64,000 nt of DNA from Takakia lepidozioides. Taxonomy: Eukaryota; Plantae; Bryophyta. The position numbers were made by a program, and so were the translations under genes. The notes under the pieces were generated by a model. The model had not been told where the DNA came from. It searched no databases and saw only the letters and a program-made list of their open reading frames with translations. Below, in pieces: positions 12,752 through 25,900 of this stretch (the stretch's first letter is position 1; each line of letters starts with the position of its first letter). The stretch covers positions 41,106,001 through 41,170,000 of the forward strand of contig CM060733.1 in NCBI GenBank assembly GCA_030704615.1. The letters are read 5' to 3'.

Positions 12752-15557
12752 TTACAGCGTGAGGGAATAGGCAACAGTTGTATCTGGCAGCCAGCTCTGG
12801 CCATTGATGAAGTTGCCTGCACTAAACTGATTTGCTTCAGCTGCCCCAATTTGCTTGGACCATTTAACCCGACCAGCAGTCCCAGCTCCTGGGCCTGTGT
12901 TTGCATACTCTGCATAGTAGGCACTATCTCCAGAACCAGGGGCATTATTCCATAACAACCATCCTGCCGGATTAATTAAGCTCCCAAGAGTGGATTTGAT
13001 AAACACAGTCCGGGCATATGTCTTCCAGGGGCGGCCCAGGTACGTTGGGAACTTGGCAATCCCTGCTGCTTGTAGGTCAGAATTGGCATCCATTGTACAG
13101 GAGAGGAAGGATAACCCTGTGTTTTGAGAAGGGTCTGATCGCCCACTTGCTGTGTATGTGTTTTGTTGGGAAGGAATGCCAGCCCGGGCTAGTAGCTTGC
13201 AATTCTGGAATACTGCTGCTGAATTCCCGAAGATGTAGTCCACAGTTCCCAGTATCGTACACTGGGTGAAGAATTGGCGCAAAGATAGTGTATACAGTGT
13301 ATCCTGGAACAATGCATATGGCACCAATAGGGCAATAGCACAGTGAGTTGATGAGGGAAGGCCAACAACATGGCTCTTAAGGTCACAGAAATGCTAAGGA
13401 CATGTTGTGGAAATTGCAAAGGTGGTTGGTGGGAGCAAAGAGGTACCTGGTATCCCTCGATAGATAAGCCAGAGAAGGCAGATTGGTCAGAGGACACACG
13501 CAGGGCCACAGCTTGCATGCCCTTAGCTCCAGCTGTGTTCCGAATGGTGAGGTCCCTGGCAATGAATCCTTGTCCCAACACAGCTGATGCACACAACCAA
13601 GCACGGTAGATAAGAGTCAGTGGTGAGGTCCCATCTTTTGTAGTTCTTCACCCAGAGGTCTTTATCATTCTGGGCTCCTTCCTAATCTCCTTCTATCCAA
13701 AAAGATGCTAATTGTGTGAGACCTACTGAGAGAGGGAAAGAGAATGAGATAGTGACTATGTCACCAAGGCCGAGAGCGAGAGGGAAGCGGGAAGCGGTAT
13801 TGAGGTGTTCAGATACACATGCATAAGTGAACAATGCCAAGAACAAAATGGGTACTCACCGACAGTGGCAGTATAGAAAGTGCTCACTTGGCTCCCAGCC
13901 ACACTCTTGCTTCCTGATATTATGGTGGCGCCTGCTCCATCACCCAGGAACATGAGGTTCTGCTTCGTCTTAGGAACAGTGACATACTCATTGTAGACTC
14001 CCCGTTTGATGTGTATAACATGGCGGGTAATGCCTGTGGGGGCCGCGTCCACTGCAGCCTGGATGGTCTTGTACTGACCGGTCCCATCCTGGGCAACAGT
14101 AACATCCGGAGTGGGGAGGACAGTGCCAGCCTGCAAGAGGCGGCGGTCTCCCACACTGAGCCATTTGGGATATGAGCCCAGGGAGCTGGGGTCCTCTTCC
14201 ATATCATAGGGGGTATCTTGCTGAAGGTCAAGTGACTCGAGAGATTCAGACAGAAGTCGGCGCCGATGGAAAGGATTGAGGCTTTTCCAATTAGATGCTT
14301 TTGAGAGAATATTCACCAAGGAAAGGGCATTACTTAGCAGCTCAGTACCATGTACTCCCTGAGTTCCGTTCACCTGGTTGTTGACACTTCCTGCGCCAAA
14401 CTCCTTAAGGTTCTCCAAACAAGTGTCCTGGTAAGTTAGTGCGGCGCTCATGAAGGTCTGTATGTCCCCCAGCTCGGACTTGAGAGACAATATGCTGAGG
14501 TCGGTGACGCGAAAAATGGAAGTGTTAAGCTGGTCGAGCGAGTCGGCCAGGACCTCCTTACACACATCCAAAGCCGAAGTTTGTGTTCCATTCGGAGATG
14601 ATGCCGAATCCCTCAACTGTGATACTAAATGCATAGAATTGTTCACAGCTTGCATTGCAGCCTTCATGGCCATGAGCACATATTTCTGAGGACCACCGTT
14701 GGCCACACCAGAGAGAGTTGAGTTGCACACATCTGGATACCTGATGTTCATAGATTCATTTTCAGAACAGCAATGTCACAGTGAGTGACGACATAAAGGT
14801 GGCAATGAGGGTCTACAGCACAGATTAAGAGTTTAACAGCTCCAACCAGACGGTTGTCCGACTCATGCAAGCAATGCATATGTGGGGAGCAGACGTCAGA
14901 CATGGATCAAATCAAATCGTTTGTACGTGCACAATTGGGATCCAAGCGGCTCATATTCATGACGGGCATCCAGTGCAAAAGACCTGAGCACCCACACTGA
15001 CACTGCTGACATCGCTTGTCCATGCAGGTGGCCCAGGTCAAGCAGTGCAAGTTCCGAAAATGAGCTACCTTGAGCAATGTAGCCCTTATAAGTGCAGTTA
15101 ACATCAACTGCACCTGCATCTCCGAGGAATACTAAAACCTGTTCTCAACTGCTAAAGCTCTCCTGAAGTCAGCGTTTATCAGAAAGGAACAATTCAGATG
15201 CAAAGAGAGCTGACATAAGTCACACCCTACTCTACATAACTGAAGTCCATGAGTGAGAAACCACAGATCAACACATGAGCGGATCAAATAAGCGGCCACC
15301 TACAAGGTTCCACTGCAGACTGCTGAGACCGAATTGGAACTAACAGAGTCCCCGCTGCCCGAATCGTCATGCTTGTGTGCACGAGTTACACCCACGGCAG
15401 TGCCAACGACAGCACCCACCAGCACGAGCACACCTACAGTGACAGCGATACAACAAGCTTTTCGTGATGCTTTTCTGTGTGCATGCTTTTCGGCTTGTCC
15501 TTCTGCGGTAGCAACGTCGACCTTGGAGTAAGTCTTGAAGCCGTCCACAGCGGCCAT
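12752..15557 (-). CDS. Pectin methylesterase with N-terminal TM anchor and PMEI pro-domain (4 exons)
   Basis: Exons 15557(or 15611)-15304, 14740-13860, ~13584-13447 and ~13303-12752. TM helix, PMEI CSGTLYPDVC...MSAALTYQDTCLE, two RRLL processing motifs, and catalytic motifs GVYNEYV, QAVALR, YQDTLY, GTVDYIFG, YLGRPWK. Confidence 0.95.
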
Positions 15558-16249
15558 TACGTTCTTGGCCTCCCTCCACAACTTTCGACCTGGACTTCTC
15601 CCTCCCACCATACACCGGGTTTGAATACCTTTCTATCAGACCTCCTTGTGGAGGTTGTATCTAGTGGTCTATTTAGGCTCTGTCGGTCCCTCAGCTTACT
15701 ACCTCCAACACAGGATGCGACTGAAAAGTGGACAGGTAATACCTACAGTTGAACTGAATGTGATGCAAAAACTGCTATCGCAGGTACTACCTCGCTTCAA
15801 CACATGGATTAGCTCCGCACATCCCAATTCCTGTGTCTCTGCTTGGAGCCCTTATTTCAAAAATACGGGCTTGCAGTGAACTCTAATCAAGGAATCCAGT
15901 GTTCGCAAGAGTCACTCCTCAGTGGGTATTTCGAATTTATCTCTCTCTATTTCGAGGAGATGAACTCGGAGCAGTGATTGTTCCCTGTCCTAAGACTTAG
16001 AATCCGGAAGAAGGGCAGAGTCCTCAGTCCAGACACACAGCAACAACGCACATACGGCTCCACTGACAGCGCTGCCACCCATGTGCCTCCTGCACACCAA
16101 CGTGCAGTCAGACATTTACTTTCCACATTATTATCTTCTTGTTGGGCTGCCCAACTGCCCGGGTTCCCAGCGCTACTCCACCACCTTGGCGTCTGATTTA
16201 TCCTCCGTTTCTTCACACCAACATTTCTGCATTGCTCGCTCAACCCAAA

Positions 16250-19200
16250 CGCAGTGTTGACATGACTGACCACATAATTATCTGAAGGATGTGATCAATC
16301 GCTGCTCTCCAACACGGATTTTGGGTCTCTGGGTGGAACATCAGCTCAGAGTGCTGTTTCGGGCTGTTGAGGTGTGGTAATGGCAGCCTGCAAATTGTGT
16401 GGTTGGCCTAGTCTTTGTTTTCCTGCCCACGAATTTCAAATACCAAGAGATTTCACATGGTTCCATCTCCGCAAATCAATACATTAAAGGGAAGGAATGA
16501 GAGTATAATAAAGCTTGGGGTGCTAAGAGTGCTGGCCAAAATCGTAGGGCGCTCGTAAGCTGGAAGTAGATCACGCAAAAAATAGAAATTGGTGGTCTCG
16601 GCATTATTGATCCACACCTGCAGATTTGTGCACTGCTGGCGAAGTGGGTCCCCAGGGTGTATTAGCTCTCCTTGGAGTATGATCATCAGACATCACCTCC
16701 TGAATGCTCGACCGACCTCTTCCTCGTGCTGGCCCCCCTCTCTTCGTTGGGTGGTGCAAGGTGGTTCTTCGCATACCCGCCCTGCTGATTGCTCTGCAGC
16801 CTGGCACTCTGTCTCTGGCAGGCTTGGGGCTCGCCAATTCCTTTAACAAAGAGTGCCCGCCTCACTGAGGAGGCAACCATTGTTTGGCAATTACAACCGT
16901 GACTCTGAGATGCTTGCCACCTGCTCCTCTCGCTGGGCGCATTGGGATGCTGCGGGGATTTCTAAATTTATGCATACATGGGATAGCGGGGCTTTGCTTC
17001 CTGCTTCGCTAGCTGCTTCCGCCATTGCTTCCCGCAGGGCTTTGGCTGGTTGGAATTTAGTGACCCAAGACCTCCCCATCTCCTGGATTCCCCTCTCTTC
17101 CTTCCCTTCTAATCAAAGATCCCTCCCACCTTGGCTTGGATTTCATTCCGCAAGCTTTCTAGGCTTTACATCACATCTGTGAACCCTAAGCTGGTCAATG
17201 GCGGTGATGACAACCCGTACCTTTTATGGTTTCTCTCTGCTCCCTTGTCCTTGCTACAGTTGGACCTTGGTGAATGGTTTTGGAGAGACAAGAAGCACTC
17301 TCTTTTTTTTGCTTATAGCCTAGTGTTAAACTTGGGTACTCGCTTCTGAACCATGTGTCCTCCTTGGATGGTAAGTGGACTTGCGAAGTGGGCTGGCTGC
17401 CCGTCAACCTGGAAGCTGATTTGGAGATAGTATGTGTGTCTTCATTTGGAGAGATGTGTGGCGTAAAGACCAGTGTTGGACTGGTATATGTATTTTTAAA
17501 TACCAGACTGGTCCTACGAAGGATCTGATCCCTTATGCATACCAGGCTGATAAGGGTATGGTGGCAGGTATGACCTGATAGAGTATTAATGGTATCAATA
17601 GGGTAATAATTCTTCTAAAATGGATAGTGTATGGGTATGGTATTGATATTAATTCTTTTGAATTGATACTGGGGGTATATGAACATTGGTATGGTAGTTA
17701 TGTTGCTGAGCCTCTGTATACAGTACAATTGTCACGTTCAGTTATTTTTCCGCCCAGTCATGGTAGCTAGGACCAGATTTCCACTTCCCCCGCGGAGAGT
17801 CCGAGCAATTTGTTCAGCCTCCACTGCTTGATACGTCTCAAGTGCTCACCGGAGCTCATATTCATACCCTACTTGTTCATATCCCTACTTATACTGAGCT
17901 CCATCATCGCCGTTTGCAACCCTCAATAATGGTATCGCAGTATAACAACAGCGACAACCCAGGCTGGTCTGGTATCGACGAGCAAATCCTTGACTCAATA
18001 TCCACCCCACTAGATTATGTAAATGGGTATAATGTTCTTTCATACCAGTAGGGTATGGTTCTTCATACCTTTACTCATACCTTTACTGTATACTCAGGTC
18101 TGACCATATATACTGGTCCAACACTGGTAAAGACGCGTAAAGACGTCTCGATGATGTAGCTCGATCTCATTGGACAAAAGCAAGTTGATCATATCCTGTA
18201 TTTTCGTGCCTACTGGGGTGTTTTTCGACCTTCCTGTCCCATATCCGTTCAGTAAATGGATGAAATCGTCCATAGACGGACCTGTATATGGACAGAGTTC
18301 GTTTCTTTTTTATATTGAATAAAATTATATTAACACCATTTCATCGAACTTGACGATTTCATCACATTATCTCCAGCTTATTTCTACATAATCATCTACT
18401 AGAATAAAATTTAACATTCAAAATACAGACTAAAATATACATGAAAATACGGGGAGAACCGACACATAACACCTTCTTCACTTTATTCCCATCACAATGC
18501 TTCTTCTTAGTTCTGCGCTTCTTAACAGAAGAAACAGGTGACAATTGGCCTCTCACTACTGGAATCATAGCTTCTCTCCGCTTTAGGCACTCGAATGCTT
18601 CTATGAACCGCCATAGTTCACAAAATTGGCTGCAAAGAAGTACAATTATGAACCAAACTAAAATTCACCGTATAGCTTAAATGGTTCAGAATTGAACTAG
18701 TGTGCAGAAATCGAAACACCTACATCTAACTACTTTCGACACAAATCGCCTGACTACTACATAACCTCCATCTGAGAGCTACTGCATAACCTCCATTTGA
18801 GAATCTAAAACTCTCAAAAGCGCACTAGAAACAGCAAAATGAGAGAAACAACGAATTCTAAAGAGAAAGAGAACAACCAACTTACCTACCTACCTCCCAA
18901 CCCCAAGGTACCTCCTAGGTAATTGGTTACGCCGGTCATTAGCCAGTCAGCACGACGCTCCAGACTGTTGGCTATGTCCGGTAACCGGCCAGCTCTCGCC
19001 GGTTACCTAGTCCATAGTTGCTCGTGTCTCTGGTTTCCTTTGGAAGTTAGTCAATCGTATCCTTCCTGTTGTTTTTTGACTCCCCTCAGAATTGTTCTTT
19101 GTGCTCCTGGCAGGTCCCTGAGTCCTGATAACACTGTGTTCTGCCACGTGGTCAGGGGTGCCTGGAGCAGAGCTCTAGCCTATTATTCGCTTTGGAAGCC

Positions 19201-19860
19201 ACTTCCCTCATATTTCACATGTGTAGTGCTTTAGAATTTTGCTTCCGGCTCTCTATAGTCTTCTTGCCTGGTGTGGGCAGCTCTAAGGGCCCATACTTTA
19301 TGGAATATTTGGAAGGCTAGATGTGTGCATGTGTTTTTTTATGGTAAACCGAGCTGTGTGAGGTCAATCCTATTTAAGGCTCACTCAGACATGATGTCTG
19401 AGCGCCCGAAAGGCATGGCGGGTTTTGGGGGAAGCTTCCTGCAGGTGTGGACAGAGACGGAAAACACAGCTCTCTACATAATTTGATTGCTCCTTGGGAA
19501 GAGGTGGTCATATGTGCACCAGGGAATCCAACACTAAGGTGCTATGGAAGGACGACATCCCGCCAAGCTGGCAACTCTCTTAGCTCTAAGCGTTCTCCCC
19601 TTCTGGATGATGAGTCCGAGATTAATTGTAAGCACCAGAGGTCTATAAGAAAGGGTAGATCTCGGGTGTAGCTTTCCTTCAGTATTCTCGGAGCTAATTA
19701 GTGCAGCTCAGGCAGTTGCTGTCAGGATCTAAGCATTCTACTCTAATCATCGTTTTCTTTTCTCTTGCTCTGGACACAAGCAGTGACTTCCGATATAGGC
19801 CTCTATGGCACCCATCTAGAGGTTATTTTCCCCTCTTATACCCCGGCCTGGCCGTGTTTA
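16250..19860 (+). mobile_element. Degenerate L1-type LINE 3' remnant interrupted by DNA-transposon insertions
   Basis: LLQLDLGEWFWRDKKH and WAALRAHTLWNIWKARC (zf-RVT C-terminal region of plant L1 ORF2); homologous to 58030-59729 including the 3' UTR motif CTCTATGGCACCCA. Confidence 0.7.
17471..18126. mobile_element. hAT-type non-autonomous element (MITE)
   Basis: TIRs CAGTGTTGGAC..GTATAT / ATATAC..GTCCAACACTG; exact 8-bp TSD GTAAAGAC at 17463-17470 and 18127-18134; no ORF. Confidence 0.9.
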
Positions 19861-20204
19861 TAATTTGAATTACAAGGGCCTTTGTTCTGGAGCAGACTGC
19901 GCTTACCAGACGAGTTGAATGCAAGCGTGGGAGCCTTGCCGGTACGGTCGCCGGGGATGGCAGGGCGCACTGTCAAATCTCCACCCCCTTGCTCCCCTCT
20001 CACCTGCGAGCCTGTATTTATAGATTAAAGCATTAGGAAATCAATCTGATTGCCAAAAGTAGATGGTAGTGCGGTGGCTAGGTGATGGGTGTTGCAAAGA
20101 TGAGGTAAGAAATTCCAGTCATGGCAAAATAGTCATGTTGTCTGATTCGTAGCACATGGAACTGTTTGTATTTTTTCATCTCCAAAATAATCCTAAGTCC
20201 ATCG

Positions 20205-20515
20205 TCGTTTCGCTCCCCTGTTCCCTCCGTCCCCTTCTTGTTCCCAGTCCCATTCCCCTATCCCTGTCCCTTGTCCTCGCTCCCCTGTTCCCGGTCCCCG
20301 CTCCCCTACTCGCCTTATGGAACACGGCTCGCTCCCTGTTCCTGGTCCTCGCTCTGCTCCTCGCCCCCGGTTCCGACCTCGCTCTCCTATTCCTGATCTC
20401 GCTCCCCTCCTTGCCCCCGGTTCTTGACCTCGCTCCCGGTTCCGACCCCGCTCCCCTACACGCCTTGTCGAATGCGGCTCGCTCCCCTATTCGCGGTCCC
20501 CGCTCCCCTGTCCCA
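20205..20515 (+). repeat. C-rich degenerate tandem repeat (CTCGCTCCCC-like units)
   Basis: Recurring ctcgctcccc / ccccggttcc units; the ORF across it is low-complexity. Confidence 0.7.
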
Positions 20516-21908
20516 CTATGGGGAGCAAGGATCTTGGACCTGGGGAGAAAAATTGGAGAATGTTGGGTCCTAAAGGTGGGGAGCGTGAGGAGGGAGCAGG
20601 AGGTGTGGAGCGCTCCCCACCTTCACAATGGGAATACATTTGACAGGTAGTCTGCCGGACCCTCCCTGAGCTCAGGCCAGCGGGCCCCACCACCTCACAT
20701 GCTTGCCTTAAACTCGTGGGATAAGCGTAGTCCTTGCCCTTTCAATGTTCCCTTCTCTTTAAATTTTCTTAAGCCAAAAAAAAAAACATCCAACGTGAGG
20801 AATTAGAGCATGACCTGCAGTTGCTCACTAAACTACTGCTCTATCACTATTTTAGTGAGGCGTATGGTGAGGCACGCAAGCTAGATAGTGCATAGGCTGG
20901 CAAGAGCCCCAGCAGCAACCCACCACATCCATAGTAGAGAGTGATGGATGGCGCTAGGCTGAGGTAATCGTGGGCCCTGCCACCCGTCACGCCACTTGTC
21001 AGTACATGTGAGGCTGAATTGTTGTGGGGGCGGCGGCGGGCAGATCCTGTGGTAGTGCTGCAATAGAATGCCACACTCCAAGCACGTTGTAGATAGGAGT
21101 GGGACGAAATTTGGTGAGGGTAACTATTTTGAAGTGCGAGAATGTGCTGCCGGGGACATGCAATCCTGTTCGAAATTGGCGGCCTCACTATTTTGAAGAT
21201 AGAGCACCAAAATATCCTGCTGCTGGTAATGCTCTAAGCTCCACGCCAAGCAGGCTGGAATCATTTGTCCACCTCCCAAATGCAAACAACCCAAAACACT
21301 ATACAAACTTGAGCTTCCCATAGTGTGAAGTCACAACCATGACTTTTTACTGCACTAAGAAAATCCTTAGTATGACCTATTCTTTGGGCGAAAGTTCAGT
21401 GCTACTCTTGTGATAGAAATGGATAATGAGGGCACAGAGCTTGAAAAGGCTCTACGTGACTCACACTTGATGGACATGCAACATCATCACAACCAGACTC
21501 CAAATGCGACCTACTTTTATTTCTTACGAAGGAAGGGTCAGTTGCCTTGCACACAAGTGCTTTTTGAACAACAAATGTGACTTTGCCATTGCAAGTGCAA
21601 AGCCTACTAGAACACACTGGAGGAAAAATCTCTCCCCCTCACTCTAGATCTTTGTTGGGTCTGAATTCTGAACAGGACAGTAAGTGTAAGACCCACAACT
21701 GGAGGGAGACTTCTGCAATTTGGTAGCCCATTCCACCATCCATCACTTCTCTCCCTGCTCCAAATTATTTTGCTCCACCCAGATCAGTTGCAGGGTCTTT
21801 AGTCACAAGCATATTGCATGCTCTGTCAAGTCCGTCCATTCACCATGAGAAGGAATGGCCACTATGCTCTTTCTCTACTGTGTCCCTAGGGCCTCTGACA
21901 GACATGGG

Positions 21909-21939
<31 letters not shown>

Positions 21940-22945
21940 CTTCTGTGTTCGACCCAAAGTGGGCAGGGCTCTATGGTCACAAAGGCTTCTTCAAACAAAG
22001 CTAGACATCTCTCAGTCAGGTTGGAGCTAGAAGTGAGATTGCAAATTCCGCATGTAACGATTGCGAGGGATGATGACATACTTCCGCACAGCTCATGGAC
22101 TCACCCAGATCGATAATTGGTAGCAAGAAATTCTTGATTGCCTAAGATCTGCACAGGAGGCAATTACAGAGGTCCCAAGAGTTAGTTCCAGTACAAACCA
22201 TTCTCTGGATCCCTCACTGAGATTCCTCTCTATATAAATGATCTTAGGGCCCCATTACACATGAGAAGGCTAACCATACATCCCTGGACAAAAAATGTGG
22301 TATCAGCACTTTGGGACACCCTCCGGACATAAAAAGTCAGCAGGTGTGCCATCAGTTGTTTAGATCATATAGCTAACAAAGGAAAAGGTGATGGATGCCA
22401 TTAATATAGGCAGAGTTACACACAGTAGGGAGTTTCTGCACTCACACAAATTACCGGCGACCTGGAGATAGTTGCTTTGACATTTGAGAGTTGATGACCA
22501 ATTTGCATCAGCAGCAGGCTAGTCCTTGTTGTGCTCTCCCCAAGTCAGATACGCCCTTGAAATTGACAGAAAGGGTACCAAGATCCCGCAGAGGTGATGT
22601 AATAGTGGTCTGTCAAGGACTCACAATGCCTGTTAGATAACATTCAATCAGTGAATGCCTCTGATTGTCAACTGCCCTTCAATTCACGCTCCTTGCCCAG
22701 ACAAAAAACCATTCAAAAGCTTGTCTCGGCAAAAATAAATGGCGAGGCAAGCTCAGATGCATTGCCCCTAACAGGTATGCCTAAAGGTCTTGCTATCTTT
22801 TCACATCTCATCATCAACTTGAATCAGAGGCATACACCTTTGATATTCCATCGCCCATCCACTGAAACCAATCCAATACATGAGTTCTTTGATATTTCTG
22901 GCCATCCGAGCATCGCATAAGAATATCTGCAACGGCGGGGTTCTG

Positions 22946-25900
22946 TCAAGAATTTCTGAAGCCTGACTTAGCCAGCGTCTGCTGCCAACGTGTTTTGATG
23001 GCTTTTACTTCCTCGGCTCTTTTCACACGGTTGGTTGTCCATTCATCCATCTTCTCACGCTCCTCCCAAGTAACACTTGCCTTCTCCCAATCCCACACAT
23101 CCCTCCAAGGGACCTTGCCGCCACTCCGTCGGTAATCTTTTCTGATTTCCTGCTTTGCTCAACGCATTAGAATCTCCCTCTCTTATAGGAACTTGATAAC
23201 TTTACCGACCCTCAGCACCCCACCTCTTGACATTCCCCGTTGGCTTCTTCTTCTACACTGTTGCATTGGAAAGGAAAGCCCACCCAGAAATCTTTCGAGG
23301 ACAACTAATATGGCAGACTAGGATGTAGTTATTTTTCTACTAGAAATGCAGAGGCCACAGGAAGAGTATTATCAGGATAGCCTCAACATTACAGCAGTTG
23401 CTGAGGGGCTTGCAGGGCCTGAGATAATTGGCTAGGGTTTCACAAAAAGGCCCCAGATGAACTCCTCAGTTGTACTTACATCTGAAGCTTTTAAGTATAT
23501 TCTCACAGCTGTTGACTACAATTGAGATGACATACCCTGAGCCCAATCTTATGAGGGCGCCGTGACCTTTTGCCAAACTGGCGAGGAGCTCTGCCCCCAT
23601 ACTTGTCTCTACCAATGTCATGGAATTTCTGAATCGGTAAACCCTGCAGAGCAGACAGATGAAGGACTTTTGAGATCTAGCACAGGTGAATCAACCAAAG
23701 TTCATCAACAGTAAACATGAGATGTCTTGTGAAGGAAAGGTTTCCTATCACACTGAAAGTACCTCATGGACAATCTTCATGAACTTTCGCCAAAGTGGTG
23801 CTGCATGTGACGAACCCGTTGCTGGAAATAGCCCCACATCATGCAAACCCAAATGATAAGTTTTACTACCTAATTCCCCCATTACCAAAAACCACTACAG
23901 CTAGCAGCATCTTTAAACCATGCATAGCAGAATGCGAAATAGTAAACCTGAACCATTACCAAAAAGTGAGGAGACAGTGAAACCATAAACTAACCTGGAT
24001 GAAGGCCTCCAAGTGGAGAGTTGTCATCATATCCCAGCCATACCTGAAATTGGACAATAAAAGTCATACAAATGCGGTGTAGGTCTTACCAACCGAATTT
24101 TCAGCCAAATTCGAACATTTTAGACCAGGATTTGACTTCAACGTTCACTTCATTGTTGCATGAGGTAGCCAATCATCTGAAAATAGTACATGGAGCTGTT
24201 TCAGGCTCATTAGGGCCAACTTACAATACAGCACCTGGTAGAACTAGAACCAGAGGTAAGCAGAAGTTCAGACAATAGTTGCTCCCCAAGTTTTAGCCCC
24301 TTCAAAGCAATTCCTAACCTCTCATACAAAGAGCAGAGACAATGACTTTTACCACACAGGAAAGTTCTGGAGTGAAGCCGGCAAACCAGGCATCACGGTG
24401 TCCATCTGATGTTCCAGTCTTCCCTGCACACGGGCGTCCAATTCGAGCTCTATGTCCAGTCCCTCGGTCCACCACTGCCTGGTGTCCCACCAAATTACGC
24501 CTTTTCGATCATGACTCCTAACGTAGGGAAACAAGAAAAGAAAGGAACTTCATAACATGCAGGGGAAGCTGAGAGAGCTTATGAGACAGAGGAAATAGAA
24601 AACAAAACAGGAAAGTGGGGCCACCAACAACCAATCCCCACAACAACAAAACTACAATCTAACTTCAAGAGATTCGCTAAGGTGGAGAGCCTCATGTGAA
24701 TGTGCTGCAAGGCATCTCTGATCTTCAGGCTGTCTCTAAAGAGGCAAAAGCAGAGGACAGCAAAAGAAGGAATGTTCGCTGATCTCAAATCTCCGGCCTA
24801 TGACATTCAGCACAAACAAGGGACAAAGGTATTCAGCATGAGGGAGCTTCTCCCACAACATCTCTTCCATATCGTCAAACTAACATCGAGGATATCATTC
24901 ATAACAACTACCTGGATGCCTTTCATGCTCTCGCAGGTATCCATATAAACTGCAGTGTAAAGGAAAATAAACCTGCAACAGCTTGCGAAGCTCTGAGATA
25001 GCGAACTCGTCCACTACTGCCCCTCGGCGCTCACTTGATACTGGCTGCAACAGAGGGAAGGAAGGGCACTATCAGAATTAGAGTGAAACTTTGATCTGAT
25101 GAGAAAACAGATCGTATCACTTGAAGACCAGGAAGCCAGAACCATCACCATGACAAAGCTCAGGTTATGCATGATCACAACAGCCAATGTGGTAGGGATC
25201 ACACATCACACAAAAGAGCCAAGGTTCTGTGCTAAACTAGGTCAAATGGCACAGATTAAACAAAAGTAGTAGCTCATCATCCCATATGACATGGAAGGCT
25301 ACTTGGGTACCAAGACTTGGAATAGCAGCCAGACTTAATCTTGAGCTGCAGTGACACTTTTATAAAATTCTGTAAAATGCAATGATCTACAGCTTCCAAT
25401 GCAACTTAAGATCCAAGTCGAAGCACAGATGGGCAGCAGGACACCTTTTTGGATCCAAGAGTTTATTTCATACATTAAAGGACAAACGGCTGGACGGTCA
25501 ATGACAACCTTAACCTCCTGCAAAACTCGACCATCACAAGCCTCCACACGAGATATCAAATATGGTCTGTGATAAACTCCCCCGGCAGCTATGGTTGAAT
25601 AGACAGTGGCCAATTGCATAGGTGTGACCTGCCATGATATGCCCACAAGACACCAAACACTTGCTGCTTTATGAACACAAAAGAGGATTCTGTCATATGC
25701 TTATCAAGTGATGTTATTCACCATAGATGCATCAGGAGAAGCATTCTTAGGTAACTCATACAGAGACCTGCATAGGGATACAGCTTCCCCCAGATCTTGA
25801 GGGTGATTGTGCTTACCTCACAACCTCCAAGTGACAAGGAAAGCTCGAGAGGTAGATATGTCTCAATGCCCAATGCTCGTCCCATCCTACACACCTGATC

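Noticed and set aside
18170-19015. Second DNA-transposon insertion in the LINE (TGGAC...GTCCA)
   Set aside because: An AT-rich insertion is likely, but the TIR is only 5 bp and no TSD could be confirmed.
20156-21323. Protein-coding ORFs
   Set aside because: Low-complexity repeat translation and short frames with no recognisable motifs.
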